NCBI GenBank assembly: GCA_024275415.1
Contig: JAJRZD010000030.1
Location: 1-28,134, forward strand
Source: an archaeon
GTDB lineage: Archaea > Asgardarchaeota > Thorarchaeia > Thorarchaeales > Thorarchaeaceae
Direction of reading: 5' to 3'
DNA length: 28,134 nt
Below, one piece after another: positions 1 through 10,224 of this stretch (positions within the stretch are counted from its first letter, which is position 1; every line of letters starts with the position of its first letter). The position numbers and the translations under genes were made by a program. Below the pieces are notes generated by a model. It ran no database searches. It saw only the letters and a list, made by a program, of their open reading frames with translations, and was not told the origin of the DNA.

Positions 1-287
1 ACAACGAGTACACGGTGTTCGCTCACTCCAAGGATGTGGAGATTGACCTGTTCAACGAGGACCCCTTCGTCCTCGGGGAGGTCACAGCCATCGTACGGAG
101 CATCGACAAGGTCACCATATTCCTGAGAAAAGTCAAGTTCTTCGAGAAGGCCTTCGAGCGTGAGGCTGAGTACAGGTTGTTCATCACCTATGCCATAGTA
201 CCTGACATCAGGGACGAGGCGACCGAGCTGTTGGAGAAGGAAGGAGTCACCCTCATCACGTTGCGCCGTCCCCTTCGAAAGAGATGA
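1..287 (+). CDS. 3' part of a PD-(D/E)XK restriction-endonuclease-like protein (DUF3782/DUF1626-like); 5' end outside window
   Basis: Frame is open from base 3 (NEYTVFAHSKDVEIDLF...GEVT). The E-I-D...G-E-V pattern and the C-terminal 'ATELLEKEGVTLI' resemble archaeal coiled-coil/PD-(D/E)XK proteins. Recognised by eye. Confidence 0.5.
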   Translation, partial: NEYTVFAHSKDVEIDLFNEDPFVLGEVTAIVRSIDKVTIFLRKVKFFEKAFEREAEYRLFITYAIVPDIRDEATELLEKEGVTLITLRRPLRKR

Positions 288-975
288 CATCTAGTATCAA
301 ATCATAGTCTACGGGACATGTCGAAATTGATATCATGCAAACGAACGAAAGTCCTACCATCAGGGGTATGAGTCATGGAACCATGATACCGTTTATTGTA
401 AGTTGTACAAACTTGGACACCAGAGTGTTGTACTCCCAGAGAACGGCACTGGGTGGACTCTGCGAAACCGTTTGTGTGTCATGTTCGACCTCATACTCCT
501 GTGGGAGTGGTCGAGTCTATAAAGCCCTATACATTACTTCGAGTGTCCGTCTAAGGGACGTCCACGTTTGGGTACGTCTAGCGCAGCTGTTTGCAACCCC
601 CTACAATGTCACCCTTGACAGAACGGATCTTATGGAGCTCAATGATCAACTCCCGAAAAATGGAAGAGGTTGTCATCAACTCCGTATAATTTGACTTCTC
701 TAGGTCGGTCGGCAATGGCATTGCGGTTGCAGAGTTAGCTCTCGACGTTGCCTCGTTTGCGTTGGAAAAACAATCTCAAACACAAACTCCCGATAAATCG
801 CGGTTTCTGAACAAGTCCTCTAAGGCATCAATGATATGGGACTATTTCGGTGACTTCTACAGGGATAAATTAGGTGGATGAAGTATTGGTCAAAGAGGTG
901 TTCTAGATCATCGGGCGACTCAACCAGTCGGATAGTACTGAGTGGTAACATAGCCTGATATGCGATAAAGATGGA

Positions 976-1974
976 TTATTCTTCAATAATGTGAACGATG
1001 TTCTCTCTACCTTCTTTGAAACGTCGCACAAGTCCTCGTTCTTCGAGCGCTGTCAGTATCAGACTGACCTTTGCCTGAGAGATACCAAGATCACTGTAAA
1101 GCTCCTTCTGAGAGCAGAATCCGCCCTTGTTGCGGATTGCATCGATGACTTCCTCTTCCTCATGGGTCACTCCGACATACCGGACTCTCCGAAGATCTCT
1201 TAGTCGTTCGTGAATCTTCGGAAGCATCAATCCAAGAAGTATCCCGATTGGAATCAATGAGGCGCCAATCAGGAGAAGCTGGACTCCAGTGACATCCGCT
1301 GTTGCTACCGATGTTTCATGAATCTGGTAGCGGATGATGAATACCTTCTCTTGACCGGGTTGCAGTTCGTTTGTAAACCAAAGGAAAACAAGTGTTCGTC
1401 CATCAGTGAAGTTCCCTGATACTGTTGGGAAAAGGGGAGAAACCGATTCTTCAGAGAGCATGGAGTATGCAGGGAGTTTTGCTACAAGTGTGATATTCCT
1501 ATAGGTGAAGAGAGGACGGATGTAGAAGATAGCGTCGAAGTAGTGGAGGTCACCGGAGGGCGAAAGCCCTCCATCCGTTTGCATATCGTGAATTCCTAGT
1601 TGGAATTGTACAGGTGTGCTGGAATCTACAGATAATCCTCCATCAATGTTGACAGTGACAATAGAGTAACGTTCCAGCTTTGTGACAGATGCTTCTGTTG
1701 AAATACCATTCACATGAGCACTGATCAGATGCGAGTCTGTGGTTTCGACCCTAAAAGAAACCTCTGATAGCGAAGAGAGCCCAATGTTAGTGACAGTGGC
1801 ATCAAGAGTGAGAATTGTTGAGCCATTATGGTTCATGTCGAGAGTCATATGAACAGGGTCAAGGATGAGGGCAGTAGATGGCTGCGCGTGGATAGGTGTG
1901 GGGGATATTGTGAGAAGGGAGAACAGTGCTACAAGTGCGATGACTAGGTTGTTTCCCGTTCTTGAAGGCCTCAT
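976..1974 (-). CDS. Membrane-anchored winged-HTH transcriptional regulator (COG2512-like)
   Basis: N-terminal signal/TM segment, large beta-rich extracellular region, TM helix (GVQLLLIGASLIPIGILLGLML), and C-terminal wHTH (SQKELYSDLGISQAKVSLILTALEERGLVRRFKEGRENIV). Confidence 0.85.
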   Translation of the reverse strand: MRPSRTGNNLVIALVALFSLLTISPTPIHAQPSTALILDPVHMTLDMNHNGSTILTLDATVTNIGLSSLSEVSFRVETTDSHLISAHVNGISTEASVTKLERYSIVTVNIDGGLSVDSSTPVQFQLGIHDMQTDGGLSPSGDLHYFDAIFYIRPLFTYRNITLVAKLPAYSMLSEESVSPLFPTVSGNFTDGRTLVFLWFTNELQPGQEKVFIIRYQIHETSVATADVTGVQLLLIGASLIPIGILLGLMLPKIHERLRDLRRVRYVGVTHEEEEVIDAIRNKGGFCSQKELYSDLGISQAKVSLILTALEERGLVRRFKEGRENIVHIIEE

Positions 1975-2071
1975 TTAATCAACACATCCATGCTTCGGTC
2001 AGATAAAGGTAACAATGTTGGACGTACTAAAAAAATGGATGGTAGTGAGCCGTTCGGCTCTATCTACCAAA

Positions 2072-3226
2072 TCAGCGCTTACGGACAATTACAGCTACTA
2101 TTGCAAGAACAGCAACGATGCCAATCCCGAAGAAAAGGACATTATCTGGTACCTCGGGAACCAGTGGTGCGGATTCTTCATAGACACCAATCGAAGGGTC
2201 GTGTAGCAATGAGCCATCATCAAAATGTGGGTATGCAAGATAGACGGAGAGTCCTGCGTTCGTGACGACATACGACGCTGAGACGTTCACCATTTCGGTT
2301 TCTCCACCAGGCCAAGTGATAGTGGCAACATCCAACCAGCTGAAGAAGCCTTAAGGCGCATCACTGTCCGCGTTTATTATATCAATCCTCTGTTCGTGAG
2401 TCCGATCCATGCGTTCGAACATGGACTCGTTCCCTGAAGGGGTGCTCCAGTCCATTTGTGAGTTGGCAGTGACATTCCGAGTTCGTTCTCGCGTCTGGAA
2501 CATGTGCCGGTTCATCATGCCATCCATATTCTCCTTGAGAAGAACCTCAATGGCGACGCTGGAATTCTCGCTGGAGAACGGGAAGTTCCCTATCTCGATA
2601 TCCATTTTCAGCTCAGTGGATCCCGAAACGGTGTAGGTCGCATGAACCCCAGTGTCATTTGTGACCGAGCCTTCGTAGTCCTCTAGGTAGAGGTGTGCCC
2701 AAATCTGTAACGTCATGTCCTCGTATTCGCTGATTGCGTCGTTGCCGGGATACTGACGGGGCATCTCAGGCATCCCATCCATCGGATTGCCGGTTAAGGA
2801 ACCGCCCTTGGTGTACTTCAACCAGATTTCAGTGACGGTTCCATCTGAATCTGTTTCCGTGCCAGTCTGCACAGTCCACTCATATGCAGCAAGAGGGGCG
2901 AAGTTCAGGATTTCACTGGTCTGGTAGGCACCATCACCGTTCGCGTCCTCAAACTCTATGATCGAGGTATACTGGGCAAGGAACTTGGCATATGTGCCGT
3001 TCGTGTCAGATGCATACCAGAAGTGGAACATGGGCACGCGTTCGTTCGCCATGACCGTGATGATGTCAGAATTTATCCAGATTGACCCTTGGTCATCGCG
3101 AGAAGGCGGGCCCATCCGACCAGAACCGGGCATTTGTTGGGCATTGACCGTCATTGTGACAGGTTGTACTGCGACCAATGCGACAATAACAGCCAACGAG
3201 ATCAATTGTAACTGTTTCAATTTCAT
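2072..3226 (-). pseudogene. Secreted, C-terminally membrane-anchored protein (~384 codons) split by one in-frame TAA at 2351-2353 (pseudogene or sequencing error)
   Basis: ORFs 2351..3226 and 2072..2335 are in the same frame and read ...ADSDAP*GFFSWLDVATITW...HDPSIG...TM-RKR. The signal peptide is on the first part and the TM anchor on the second. Confidence 0.8.
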
Positions 3227-3399
3227 TCACCTGAGTACATTCTTAATTCGTCTATATATAATGACTATTTCATAGCATCACTGTTCCAGACAGAAGACAG
3301 TTCTATGATTGCCATATTGAGCGTGCAATGCTTTATGATTCCTTTAAAGCAGTTCTAGACAAAAGCAGCATCAGGCAGATTATGAACAATAGATGACTC

Positions 3400-3849
3400 C
3401 TATCTAAGTGCATCAGAAGATTCGGGGAACAAAAGCACATAGACACCCTGATTCAGGGTCAGAATCTTCCTGTTTACCCACTCCATCACCATATCGACGT
3501 TCTCCTTCGAGGAGATTTGCGACAGTGCCTCGAGTGTGGCAGGCTTGCATTGGTCGATTTTCAGGAGTTCCTCGATGGTCCGGACAAGAATCATCTGACG
3601 AGCATCTAGGCTTGTCTGGGTGAGCCAATAGAGTACGTTCTCCTTAGCCTCTTTTGATACGCCGCTCTCAGAAGCGACCGAGTCCAAGGTGTCCTTGATC
3701 TTCAATACCACATCGCCATCCTGAATGTCGCGTAGTTCGGTCTGGATGAGCGTCACGATAGCAGCAGTGTTATCTGGGCATGACCTCAACATATCTATAA
3801 GGTCTGAGCGAGCCTTCAGAGGCCCATCTAGGTTATCCTCATTACTCAT
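3400..3849 (-). CDS. Hypothetical alpha-helical protein (start probably ATG 3849 or 3855 rather than TTG 3876)
   Basis: Protein-like ORF in the same orientation as its neighbours, with GGAG upstream of the ATGs. No family recognised. Confidence 0.7.
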   Translation of the reverse strand: MSNEDNLDGPLKARSDLIDMLRSCPDNTAAIVTLIQTELRDIQDGDVVLKIKDTLDSVASESGVSKEAKENVLYWLTQTSLDARQMILVRTIEELLKIDQCKPATLEALSQISSKENVDMVMEWVNRKILTLNQGVYVLLFPESSDALR

Positions 3850-3939
3850 GGTCATGTCTCCGTTGATTCTCTTCAACCTCCTATTCGAGCAGATGTTTAA
3901 TAACCATTGTTCGCAGGTAATAACAAGATGACGAATTAC

Positions 3940-4683
3940 TCATAAGTAGTCTTCCAGTTCGGCAACCGCATTGACCACAAGGATAGGACGTGTGTCCTCA
4001 CCATACCTTGATATCATCTCATCAAGGTCACCACCACGATTGTTCACCCAGATAGCATCCATGCCGAACGAGGTCGCTCCTACGATGTCAGCGTAATACT
4101 CGTCGCCAATGAACAATGTTTCCACAGCCTTCGTCCCCAGACAGTCAACGATGAGATTGAAGGGCGCGCTCATGGGTTTGAATGCCTCGACATCACCACT
4201 ATCCACAAAGCAGGAGAAGTACTTGAGCAGATCAAGTTTCGTGAGAATGACCTGAAGGTGTTTCTCAAAGCTATTTGTGATGACTCCAAGCTTGAGTCCC
4301 GTATCCTGTAGCTTCTGTAGGAACCTTTCGACATTAGAAGAAACCGTTGAGGTCTCCACATGCAGCCATTTGAACAGACGTGTGCCCTCTTCGATGACTG
4401 AATCATCAACATTGAGCCCGACCGCTTCCAGACTCTCCATCATCGCCCTCTTGACGATTTCCAATGGTGTCCGATATGGTGCGCCTTCAACAATCTCCCT
4501 GATACCTCGCCTGTAGTTAACCACAAGGTGTTTCAAGTATTCATCAGCCACACTCTCGACATCATCGGTACACTGTTCGAGTAACCACATGGACGCTCGA
4601 AGTGGATAGTTGTGAGGATCCGTCAACGTCGAGTCAAGATCAAAGACCACGGCCCGATACTTGCTGAATGTGAACTCGGTCAC
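3940..4683 (-). CDS. HAD-superfamily hydrolase
   Basis: Motif I FDLDSTL, motif II VITNS, motif III K (FKP), motif IV IGDEYYADIVGA. Confidence 0.93.
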   Translation of the reverse strand: MTEFTFSKYRAVVFDLDSTLTDPHNYPLRASMWLLEQCTDDVESVADEYLKHLVVNYRRGIREIVEGAPYRTPLEIVKRAMMESLEAVGLNVDDSVIEEGTRLFKWLHVETSTVSSNVERFLQKLQDTGLKLGVITNSFEKHLQVILTKLDLLKYFSCFVDSGDVEAFKPMSAPFNLIVDCLGTKAVETLFIGDEYYADIVGATSFGMDAIWVNNRGGDLDEMISRYGEDTRPILVVNAVAELEDYL

Positions 4684-4691
4684 GATCTTGG

Positions 4692-5462
4692 CTACCCGCC
4701 TTTTCCTAGATAGATACCCTTGGGGTCAAGCTTGTGCATGATGTCAATCTGTTCCTGAGAGGGCTCCTCAGTGGTTGGGACATTGTCGGGAACGATGAGA
4801 TCAAACATAACATTGTCAAGGACATCAGCCACAGAATACCCGGGGTGCACCGAGAGCAGACGGATCTTACAGGTATCAGGGTCGAAGTCGAACTGGCACA
4901 TATCCGTTATCACCACCTGCGGGCCACCGCCGACAAGATTCCATTTCTCGCGCGAGCCGGGTCCTTCGAGATACCCAGGGCTGGTCATGTAGTCCAGTTG
5001 CTTGACGAACTTCCGCTTATCGTGTGCCATCATGATGATCAGTCGCTTTGCGGATGAAGCAATGTCATTACCACCACCACTACCTGGGAGCTTCACCTTG
5101 GGATGATCATAGGGCCCGATATAGCTGGTATTGAGGTTCCCGTACTCGTCAATTTGAGCAGCTCCCAGAAAGCCCACATCAATCCGACCACCCTGCAAGA
5201 GGAAACCCAGCGTTTCAATGAGACCTATTGCAGCTGAACAACCGTAGTAGTAGCGGGTGTCGGCGACAGAGAGTGGGACTTCACGTGGTTGAGCATCGAT
5301 GAAGCCTGCCTCAGATATCAGGTTTGAGCCCGGAGCGTGCGTTTCCTTTGCCAAAAGGGCGGCAAGTAAGGGCATACCGGTCCCTCCAAAAACGTTCTCT
5401 CCATCTTTCACATGCCGTGACGCACAAGCAATCAGGAATTCTGTCTTCGTGTACTTTGTCAT
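4692..5462 (-). CDS. Family I CoA-transferase, beta subunit (glutaconate CoA-transferase GctB-like); substrate unknown
   Basis: SEAG with the putative catalytic Glu, GFLGAAQIDEYGNLNTS, LPGSGGGNDIAS; adjacent to the alpha subunit. Confidence 0.9.
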   Translation of the reverse strand: MTKYTKTEFLIACASRHVKDGENVFGGTGMPLLAALLAKETHAPGSNLISEAGFIDAQPREVPLSVADTRYYYGCSAAIGLIETLGFLLQGGRIDVGFLGAAQIDEYGNLNTSYIGPYDHPKVKLPGSGGGNDIASSAKRLIIMMAHDKRKFVKQLDYMTSPGYLEGPGSREKWNLVGGGPQVVITDMCQFDFDPDTCKIRLLSVHPGYSVADVLDNVMFDLIVPDNVPTTEEPSQEQIDIMHKLDPKGIYLGKGG

Positions 5463-5465
5463 TGT

Positions 5466-6386
5466 CTAATACCCCCATGGCTCCTTTGCTCGAAGCTCCT
5501 TGAGGCGTTCATCTCCAATGAGTTTGAGATATTCCTCGTGATTCTGGACACCAATGATATATTCATCAAGGTATTCCTGCCATGTTTCCTCGGTCTTGGT
5601 GGCTTTGTGGAATAACATCAGGTGCTCCAAATCGTAGTCATAGTAATTCTGACACATCATTGGATGTGCAGCATAGGGGAGCTCTACGATATAGTCAACG
5701 TACATCGCAGGGATCTTTGTCTGGTCAGGGTGCGAGCGAACATCCTTCTCATCGATAATCTCTTCAGCAAGGACAATCAGTTTCTTCCCGCATCGTGACC
5801 CCTCAATGTCCTCGCCTATGATGCCGTCAATCTGAGCATTACCAGACATGTCCACTCTCTGGACATGGACGATGCTGAAATCAGGATTGACCGAAGGAAC
5901 CAGACATATCTTCGAGCCAGTAAAAGGGCAATCGATCACCCGGAGCTTGTTATCAATCCCGCGATAGCGACTGAGCTTTGCCATGTCGGTGCCCATCATA
6001 CTTCTCAGGGGCATGAAGGGGACATTGAGCGAACCGCCCAAGAACCGTAATGCCATGGCGAGGTTCGTGTAGTCCTCCACCAGAAGCTTGCCCTCACTGA
6101 CTCGTCGCCTTATGTTGTTAGAGAGCCCCAAGGCTTCAATGGCGGAGAATGCAATCTCGTATCGAGACGCAACCCCAGCCCCTGCCATGATCTCAAGGTC
6201 TACCTCGGAACCGCAGGTATAGATAGTCAGATTCCTCTTTCGTTGTCGGACAAGTTCGTGTGATAGTGCGATAGGCGCTCGCTGGTATCCAAATCCACCC
6301 CAGAAAAGTCCAGAGCCATCAGGTATCTTCTTGACCGCCTCTTCAAGCGTTATACGTTTGTCTTCTATTTCGGGTTCAACCAACAC
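5466..6386 (-). CDS. Family I CoA-transferase, alpha subunit (GctA-like)
   Basis: LEEAVKKIPDG, GGFGYQRAPIAL, PDFSIVHVQRVDMSGNAQI, IPAMYVDYIVE; 3-nt gap to the beta subunit. Confidence 0.9.
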   Translation of the reverse strand: MLVEPEIEDKRITLEEAVKKIPDGSGLFWGGFGYQRAPIALSHELVRQRKRNLTIYTCGSEVDLEIMAGAGVASRYEIAFSAIEALGLSNNIRRRVSEGKLLVEDYTNLAMALRFLGGSLNVPFMPLRSMMGTDMAKLSRYRGIDNKLRVIDCPFTGSKICLVPSVNPDFSIVHVQRVDMSGNAQIDGIIGEDIEGSRCGKKLIVLAEEIIDEKDVRSHPDQTKIPAMYVDYIVELPYAAHPMMCQNYYDYDLEHLMLFHKATKTEETWQEYLDEYIIGVQNHEEYLKLIGDERLKELRAKEPWGY

Positions 6387-6469
6387 TGCTCACCAATGAT
6401 GTGAAGTTTAGGTGTGGTTTGCTTCAAGCCTTGCCTTTTATTTTTGCCCATGCCTTGAAATGCAGTTAA

Positions 6470-6883
6470 TCAGTAGAAAGGAGGACGAAAGAAAGAGCCG
6501 AGTAGCAACATCATTGCGATTAGTAAAGCAAATAGGAGAATTGTGGTGATAAGGCATGCCCTGCCGAGTTCCTGAGCTGGTTTGAAAGGTTTGCTGGGTT
6601 TTGCGGGCCCAAACACATCACCATCGGGGGTAGGTAGCGGATTTGCCCGGCCCACTGCGAAGACAGGGTCTTGCAACGGTCGTGCGGTTTGTGAACCATC
6701 AAGCCGTACGGGTCGTTGGTTCGGTGCTTGCGACTCCTTGCTCGAAAGCGCACCAAAGCCCGGAACATAGTCGAAGTTCCCCCCACAATAAGGGCAATTC
6801 ATCGAAACTGTTTGGTCATAATGCAGTTCCTGCTTCACATCAATACGAGCAGCACAGTTTGGACACTCGACAAGCTCACTCAT
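6470..6883 (-). CDS. Zinc-ribbon protein with C-terminal transmembrane helix
   Basis: CPNC...CPYC, Pro-rich linker, hydrophobic tail; GAGGT SD upstream of the ATG. Confidence 0.75.
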   Translation of the reverse strand: MSELVECPNCAARIDVKQELHYDQTVSMNCPYCGGNFDYVPGFGALSSKESQAPNQRPVRLDGSQTARPLQDPVFAVGRANPLPTPDGDVFGPAKPSKPFKPAQELGRACLITTILLFALLIAMMLLLGSFFRPPFY

Positions 6884-7036
6884 AATTCATACCTCATTCT
6901 CATCCTAGGATGCTGTTCTAGATAATCACTGGTCTCGAAAGGATATAATACCTGCTACTCACTCCAAGCGGGGGCTCTATCAGAGCATTGAGCATACCAT
7001 GAATGATTAAAGGGAAGACTTCCTAGCGTTGGAATC

Positions 7037-7666
7037 ATGTCGGATAATGTCAATCGGGATGCTCTCTCTAGGATGGGTATCCTTGCCCTAGTAGGGCCAG
7101 TCATTGCAATCAGCGGTATATCTTTTGCAATCCTGCTATCACCATGGTTCACGTGGGATGACAACGCGCTAAGTGACCTTGGGAAGTATGCCACAGCGAT
7201 TCCCGCAGCAGTGGTGTTCAATGCAGGTCTGATATCATCAGGGGTGATAATGCTTGGTTTCACTGTTTGGTTTTTCCAGAAATTCAGGGACTTCCCGACG
7301 AAGATTGGACTCATCCCTCTTGCTGTGGCGCTTGTGTTCCTCATCCTGATTGGCATACTATCAGAAGATTTTGGCGACATCCATTTCGTAGTGTCAGTGG
7401 GGTTCTTCGCAAGTTTCCCGATGAGCATGTGGGTTATAGGGTTCGGGTTTCTGCGATTCCCGCACTTGCGAGGGTTCGCCATAGCATCAATCATCCTGCC
7501 GTTCTTCTCCCTATACATGTGGGGAGGGTGGTTCGGCGATCTCTTCCCCTTCTGGAGCGGCAATGCAATCCCTGAGATAACTACTGCACTCTCTGTGATT
7601 GGCTGGATATGGGGGATGTGGTTTCACTACTATAAGAAGCACCTTGACAGACTGCTGACAAAATGA
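7037..7666 (+). CDS. DUF998-family multi-pass membrane protein
   Basis: WFTWDDNALSDLG motif, FNAGLI, H-containing TM (IHFVVSVGFF), about 6 TM helices. Confidence 0.85.
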   Translation: MSDNVNRDALSRMGILALVGPVIAISGISFAILLSPWFTWDDNALSDLGKYATAIPAAVVFNAGLISSGVIMLGFTVWFFQKFRDFPTKIGLIPLAVALVFLILIGILSEDFGDIHFVVSVGFFASFPMSMWVIGFGFLRFPHLRGFAIASIILPFFSLYMWGGWFGDLFPFWSGNAIPEITTALSVIGWIWGMWFHYYKKHLDRLLTK

Positions 7667-7675
7667 CTCGGAGAG

Positions 7676-8293
7676 ATGATATGGATGCCTAACAGTTTAA
7701 GAAAAGAAACCCTAGCGGGGCTCGTGGGACCAGTCATCGGGCTTGGGTTTGTGTTGTTAGCAATCGCGCTTGCACCTGAGTTCACATGGGAAGACAATGC
7801 TCTCAGCGACCTCGGACGTTGGTTCAATACTGACCTCGGCCCTAATCCATTCCTGAGAGCAGCCATATTCAATGCAGGTTTGATCGCTGGAGGACTATTG
7901 ATTGTCTACTTTACTCTAAGCCTTATCCGTCAGATCCGTGATATCGTGGTTCGTTTGACCCTGTTATCATTCGTCGTAACAGGCATATTCCTCACAGGAG
8001 TAGGAATCTTTCCAGGGAACATCAAGTTTCCGCATGGGCTTACTGCTCTTGGTTTCTTCCTTTCACTTCCACCAGCATTGGCTCTGACTGGGCTCGGCCT
8101 ACTCAGACCACAGAGCACTCGGATTGGTGGCGCGGTTCTGATCCTGCTCGCAATCCTCTCTGTTGTATTGTTCAGGCCTTGGACAACCTTTGCTATATGG
8201 GAGTACACAATGGCAATGGTAGGAACATCTGGCGTTATCATAATCGGCATCTTAGATGCCACAGAGAAGCTTGAACCATTGAAAACGTCATGA
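7676..8293 (+). CDS. DUF998-family membrane protein (tandem paralog)
   Basis: FTWEDNALSDLG, FNAGLI, PHGLTALGFF; same motif layout as the upstream gene. Confidence 0.85.
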   Translation: MIWMPNSLRKETLAGLVGPVIGLGFVLLAIALAPEFTWEDNALSDLGRWFNTDLGPNPFLRAAIFNAGLIAGGLLIVYFTLSLIRQIRDIVVRLTLLSFVVTGIFLTGVGIFPGNIKFPHGLTALGFFLSLPPALALTGLGLLRPQSTRIGGAVLILLAILSVVLFRPWTTFAIWEYTMAMVGTSGVIIIGILDATEKLEPLKTS

Positions 8294-8540
8294 AACCAAA
8301 GCAAGTCAAAGATTCGGGGTGGGTTGTAGGCTGATGCAGCAAACCTAGACCTATCTTAGAAGCTGATCCTTATCGAGTACGTACGACCGTGTCTTGAGGC
8401 GTCCTGACACACCTCTGACCTAAAAGAGTCATCTACAGTGCCATTTTTTGGAGGGCAACACTCGGGGATCCAAGCCGGTTCAGATTTCAATGGAATGTAT
8501 ATTGAGATGAAGTTAGGAAACAATGTGCTAACTCTATGTC

Positions 8541-9311
8541 TTACTCTGTGAGCCGTTCCCTCCACGCTTGCTCTATCTTCCGTTCCCGATTGAAGAGACC
8601 CATCTCTCCGCGTTTCCGTGTGGCAACACCACTCGCCAGAACGTATGCCTCGAACGAGAAAAGAAGGAGAGATAGAACAAGCCCGCTGAAATCAAATGCA
8701 ATGACCAATCCGACAAGCCAGTAAAGGAGAGCTGTGATTACTGTCCAGATGCCCCCGAAGAAGAAGAACCATTTCCGTTTGGAAGGAAGCGTATTTAGAA
8801 AGGTCACATAGTCAATCTTCAGCGTCGGCTCGTAGTACTCGTCCCTGCAAACACCAACGACCCTTATGCCAGTGTACTTGGAGCCTATCAGTCGACCTAT
8901 CGGATAGAAAAGGGCGACACCGAGAAAAACGCACAGGATTCTGAGAACGAGAAGAATCCAATCGCCAACAGACCAAGTAAGAACGGAGCCCCAATCCAAG
9001 GGAAAGCCGAGTAAATAGAGGTAAGGGAGGACTGAAAGAGTAATACCTCCTAAGAACATCAATGCAAGAGTCGGCCAAAGTGCATAGGTCTTCCCACGCT
9101 TGATCTCGAAAAGGATATCACGAATCTCAGCAGCCTTGCGGATTTCCTCTGGGCTCGGTGCGGGGTCGCGCTTGATATCACGGACAATCCTCCAAAAATG
9201 TTTTCGAGTTTTCAAGGACACTTCTTCATGCTCCTGCATAACGACGGTGAGGATATCCTCTAGCTGCTGCACTCGATCAAGCGTATCGATCACCCGGACT
9301 AACAGACACAA
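8541..9311 (-). CDS. Hypothetical membrane protein
   Basis: Helical N-terminus followed by about 4 hydrophobic segments. No family recognised. Confidence 0.75.
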   Translation of the reverse strand: MCLLVRVIDTLDRVQQLEDILTVVMQEHEEVSLKTRKHFWRIVRDIKRDPAPSPEEIRKAAEIRDILFEIKRGKTYALWPTLALMFLGGITLSVLPYLYLLGFPLDWGSVLTWSVGDWILLVLRILCVFLGVALFYPIGRLIGSKYTGIRVVGVCRDEYYEPTLKIDYVTFLNTLPSKRKWFFFFGGIWTVITALLYWLVGLVIAFDFSGLVLSLLLFSFEAYVLASGVATRKRGEMGLFNRERKIEQAWRERLTE

Positions 9312-9411
9312 TGAACCTCATGAGTTTTTTGGATGCACGATGCAATCCTTAAGTTCGTTCACGCAGAGTGATTGATAGTAGCATAACGCTTTTGGTCTAT
9401 GGTGGGCTTGA

Positions 9412-10197
9412 TTGGAATCTATGAAGGGAATCACAGAAACCGTCTTTGGGCAGATGGGAGTAGCAGTCGATAGTATCATCCCTATCCTGTTCATTGGCGG
9501 TCTAACAGCAATCTCAGTCTTCGTGATAGGACTCGTGTTCGAGCTCGTGAAAATCTCTGAAACAGAGGGATTGGCCCGAAGGAAACCACTCTTTTTTCCA
9601 AGCATCGCATTTGCAATTGCAATCCTGATTGCATTCTCATTATATCCGACTCCGATGACACAGTATCATGGATTGCATGAGAAGCCTGTGCACTTCAAAG
9701 ATAGCAAGTCGGTCAATTTTACGGTATATGGCGGAGAAATCTATTCTCATAGCATAGATGTGAAAGCGATGTATGATCTTGAACGGTTTGAGTCATTGGT
9801 CATTGATATTGACGTCTACCTTGATGGGGACTTTGTAACATCATCCAACCTTACACTAGTAGGCTCTTCACTGATACCCCGCGCTGAAGGTGAGGTGAAT
9901 ATCAGGATTGACCCAGGAAAGTATGAGATCAGGCTGACCCAGACACTCCTATACAATGAAATAGTTCAAGAAACAGAAACCTATGTTTCTTGCGTCATTG
10001 GCCAACCGCTTAGATCAGGCATGTTCGAGCAGGTCTTGGACTGGGAATCCTATCGTGCATTGACATTCATTGGGGCGTTCTTCTTGGTTCTTGCAGGTAT
10101 CTGTATTGGAAAAGAGGACAGGAAGAGATTCAGGAAAAAGAGTGTGGACAAGGAACCGCCTAGAGAGGGCGAGGTGTACGTTAGGCGTTGGAGCTGA
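9412..10197 (+). CDS. Hypothetical membrane protein with an extracytoplasmic beta-rich domain
   Basis: Two N-terminal TMs, a beta-strand-rich middle, a C-terminal TM and a basic tail. Start may be ATG 9421. Confidence 0.75.
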   Translation: MESMKGITETVFGQMGVAVDSIIPILFIGGLTAISVFVIGLVFELVKISETEGLARRKPLFFPSIAFAIAILIAFSLYPTPMTQYHGLHEKPVHFKDSKSVNFTVYGGEIYSHSIDVKAMYDLERFESLVIDIDVYLDGDFVTSSNLTLVGSSLIPRAEGEVNIRIDPGKYEIRLTQTLLYNEIVQETETYVSCVIGQPLRSGMFEQVLDWESYRALTFIGAFFLVLAGICIGKEDRKRFRKKSVDKEPPREGEVYVRRWS

Positions 10198-10224
10198 GGA
10201 ATATGGTTAGCGGGAAAATCAAGA

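Noticed and set aside
6955-7872. Long minus-strand ORFs (202 aa, 80 aa)
   Set aside because: Antisense shadows of the DUF998 genes with no recognisable motifs.
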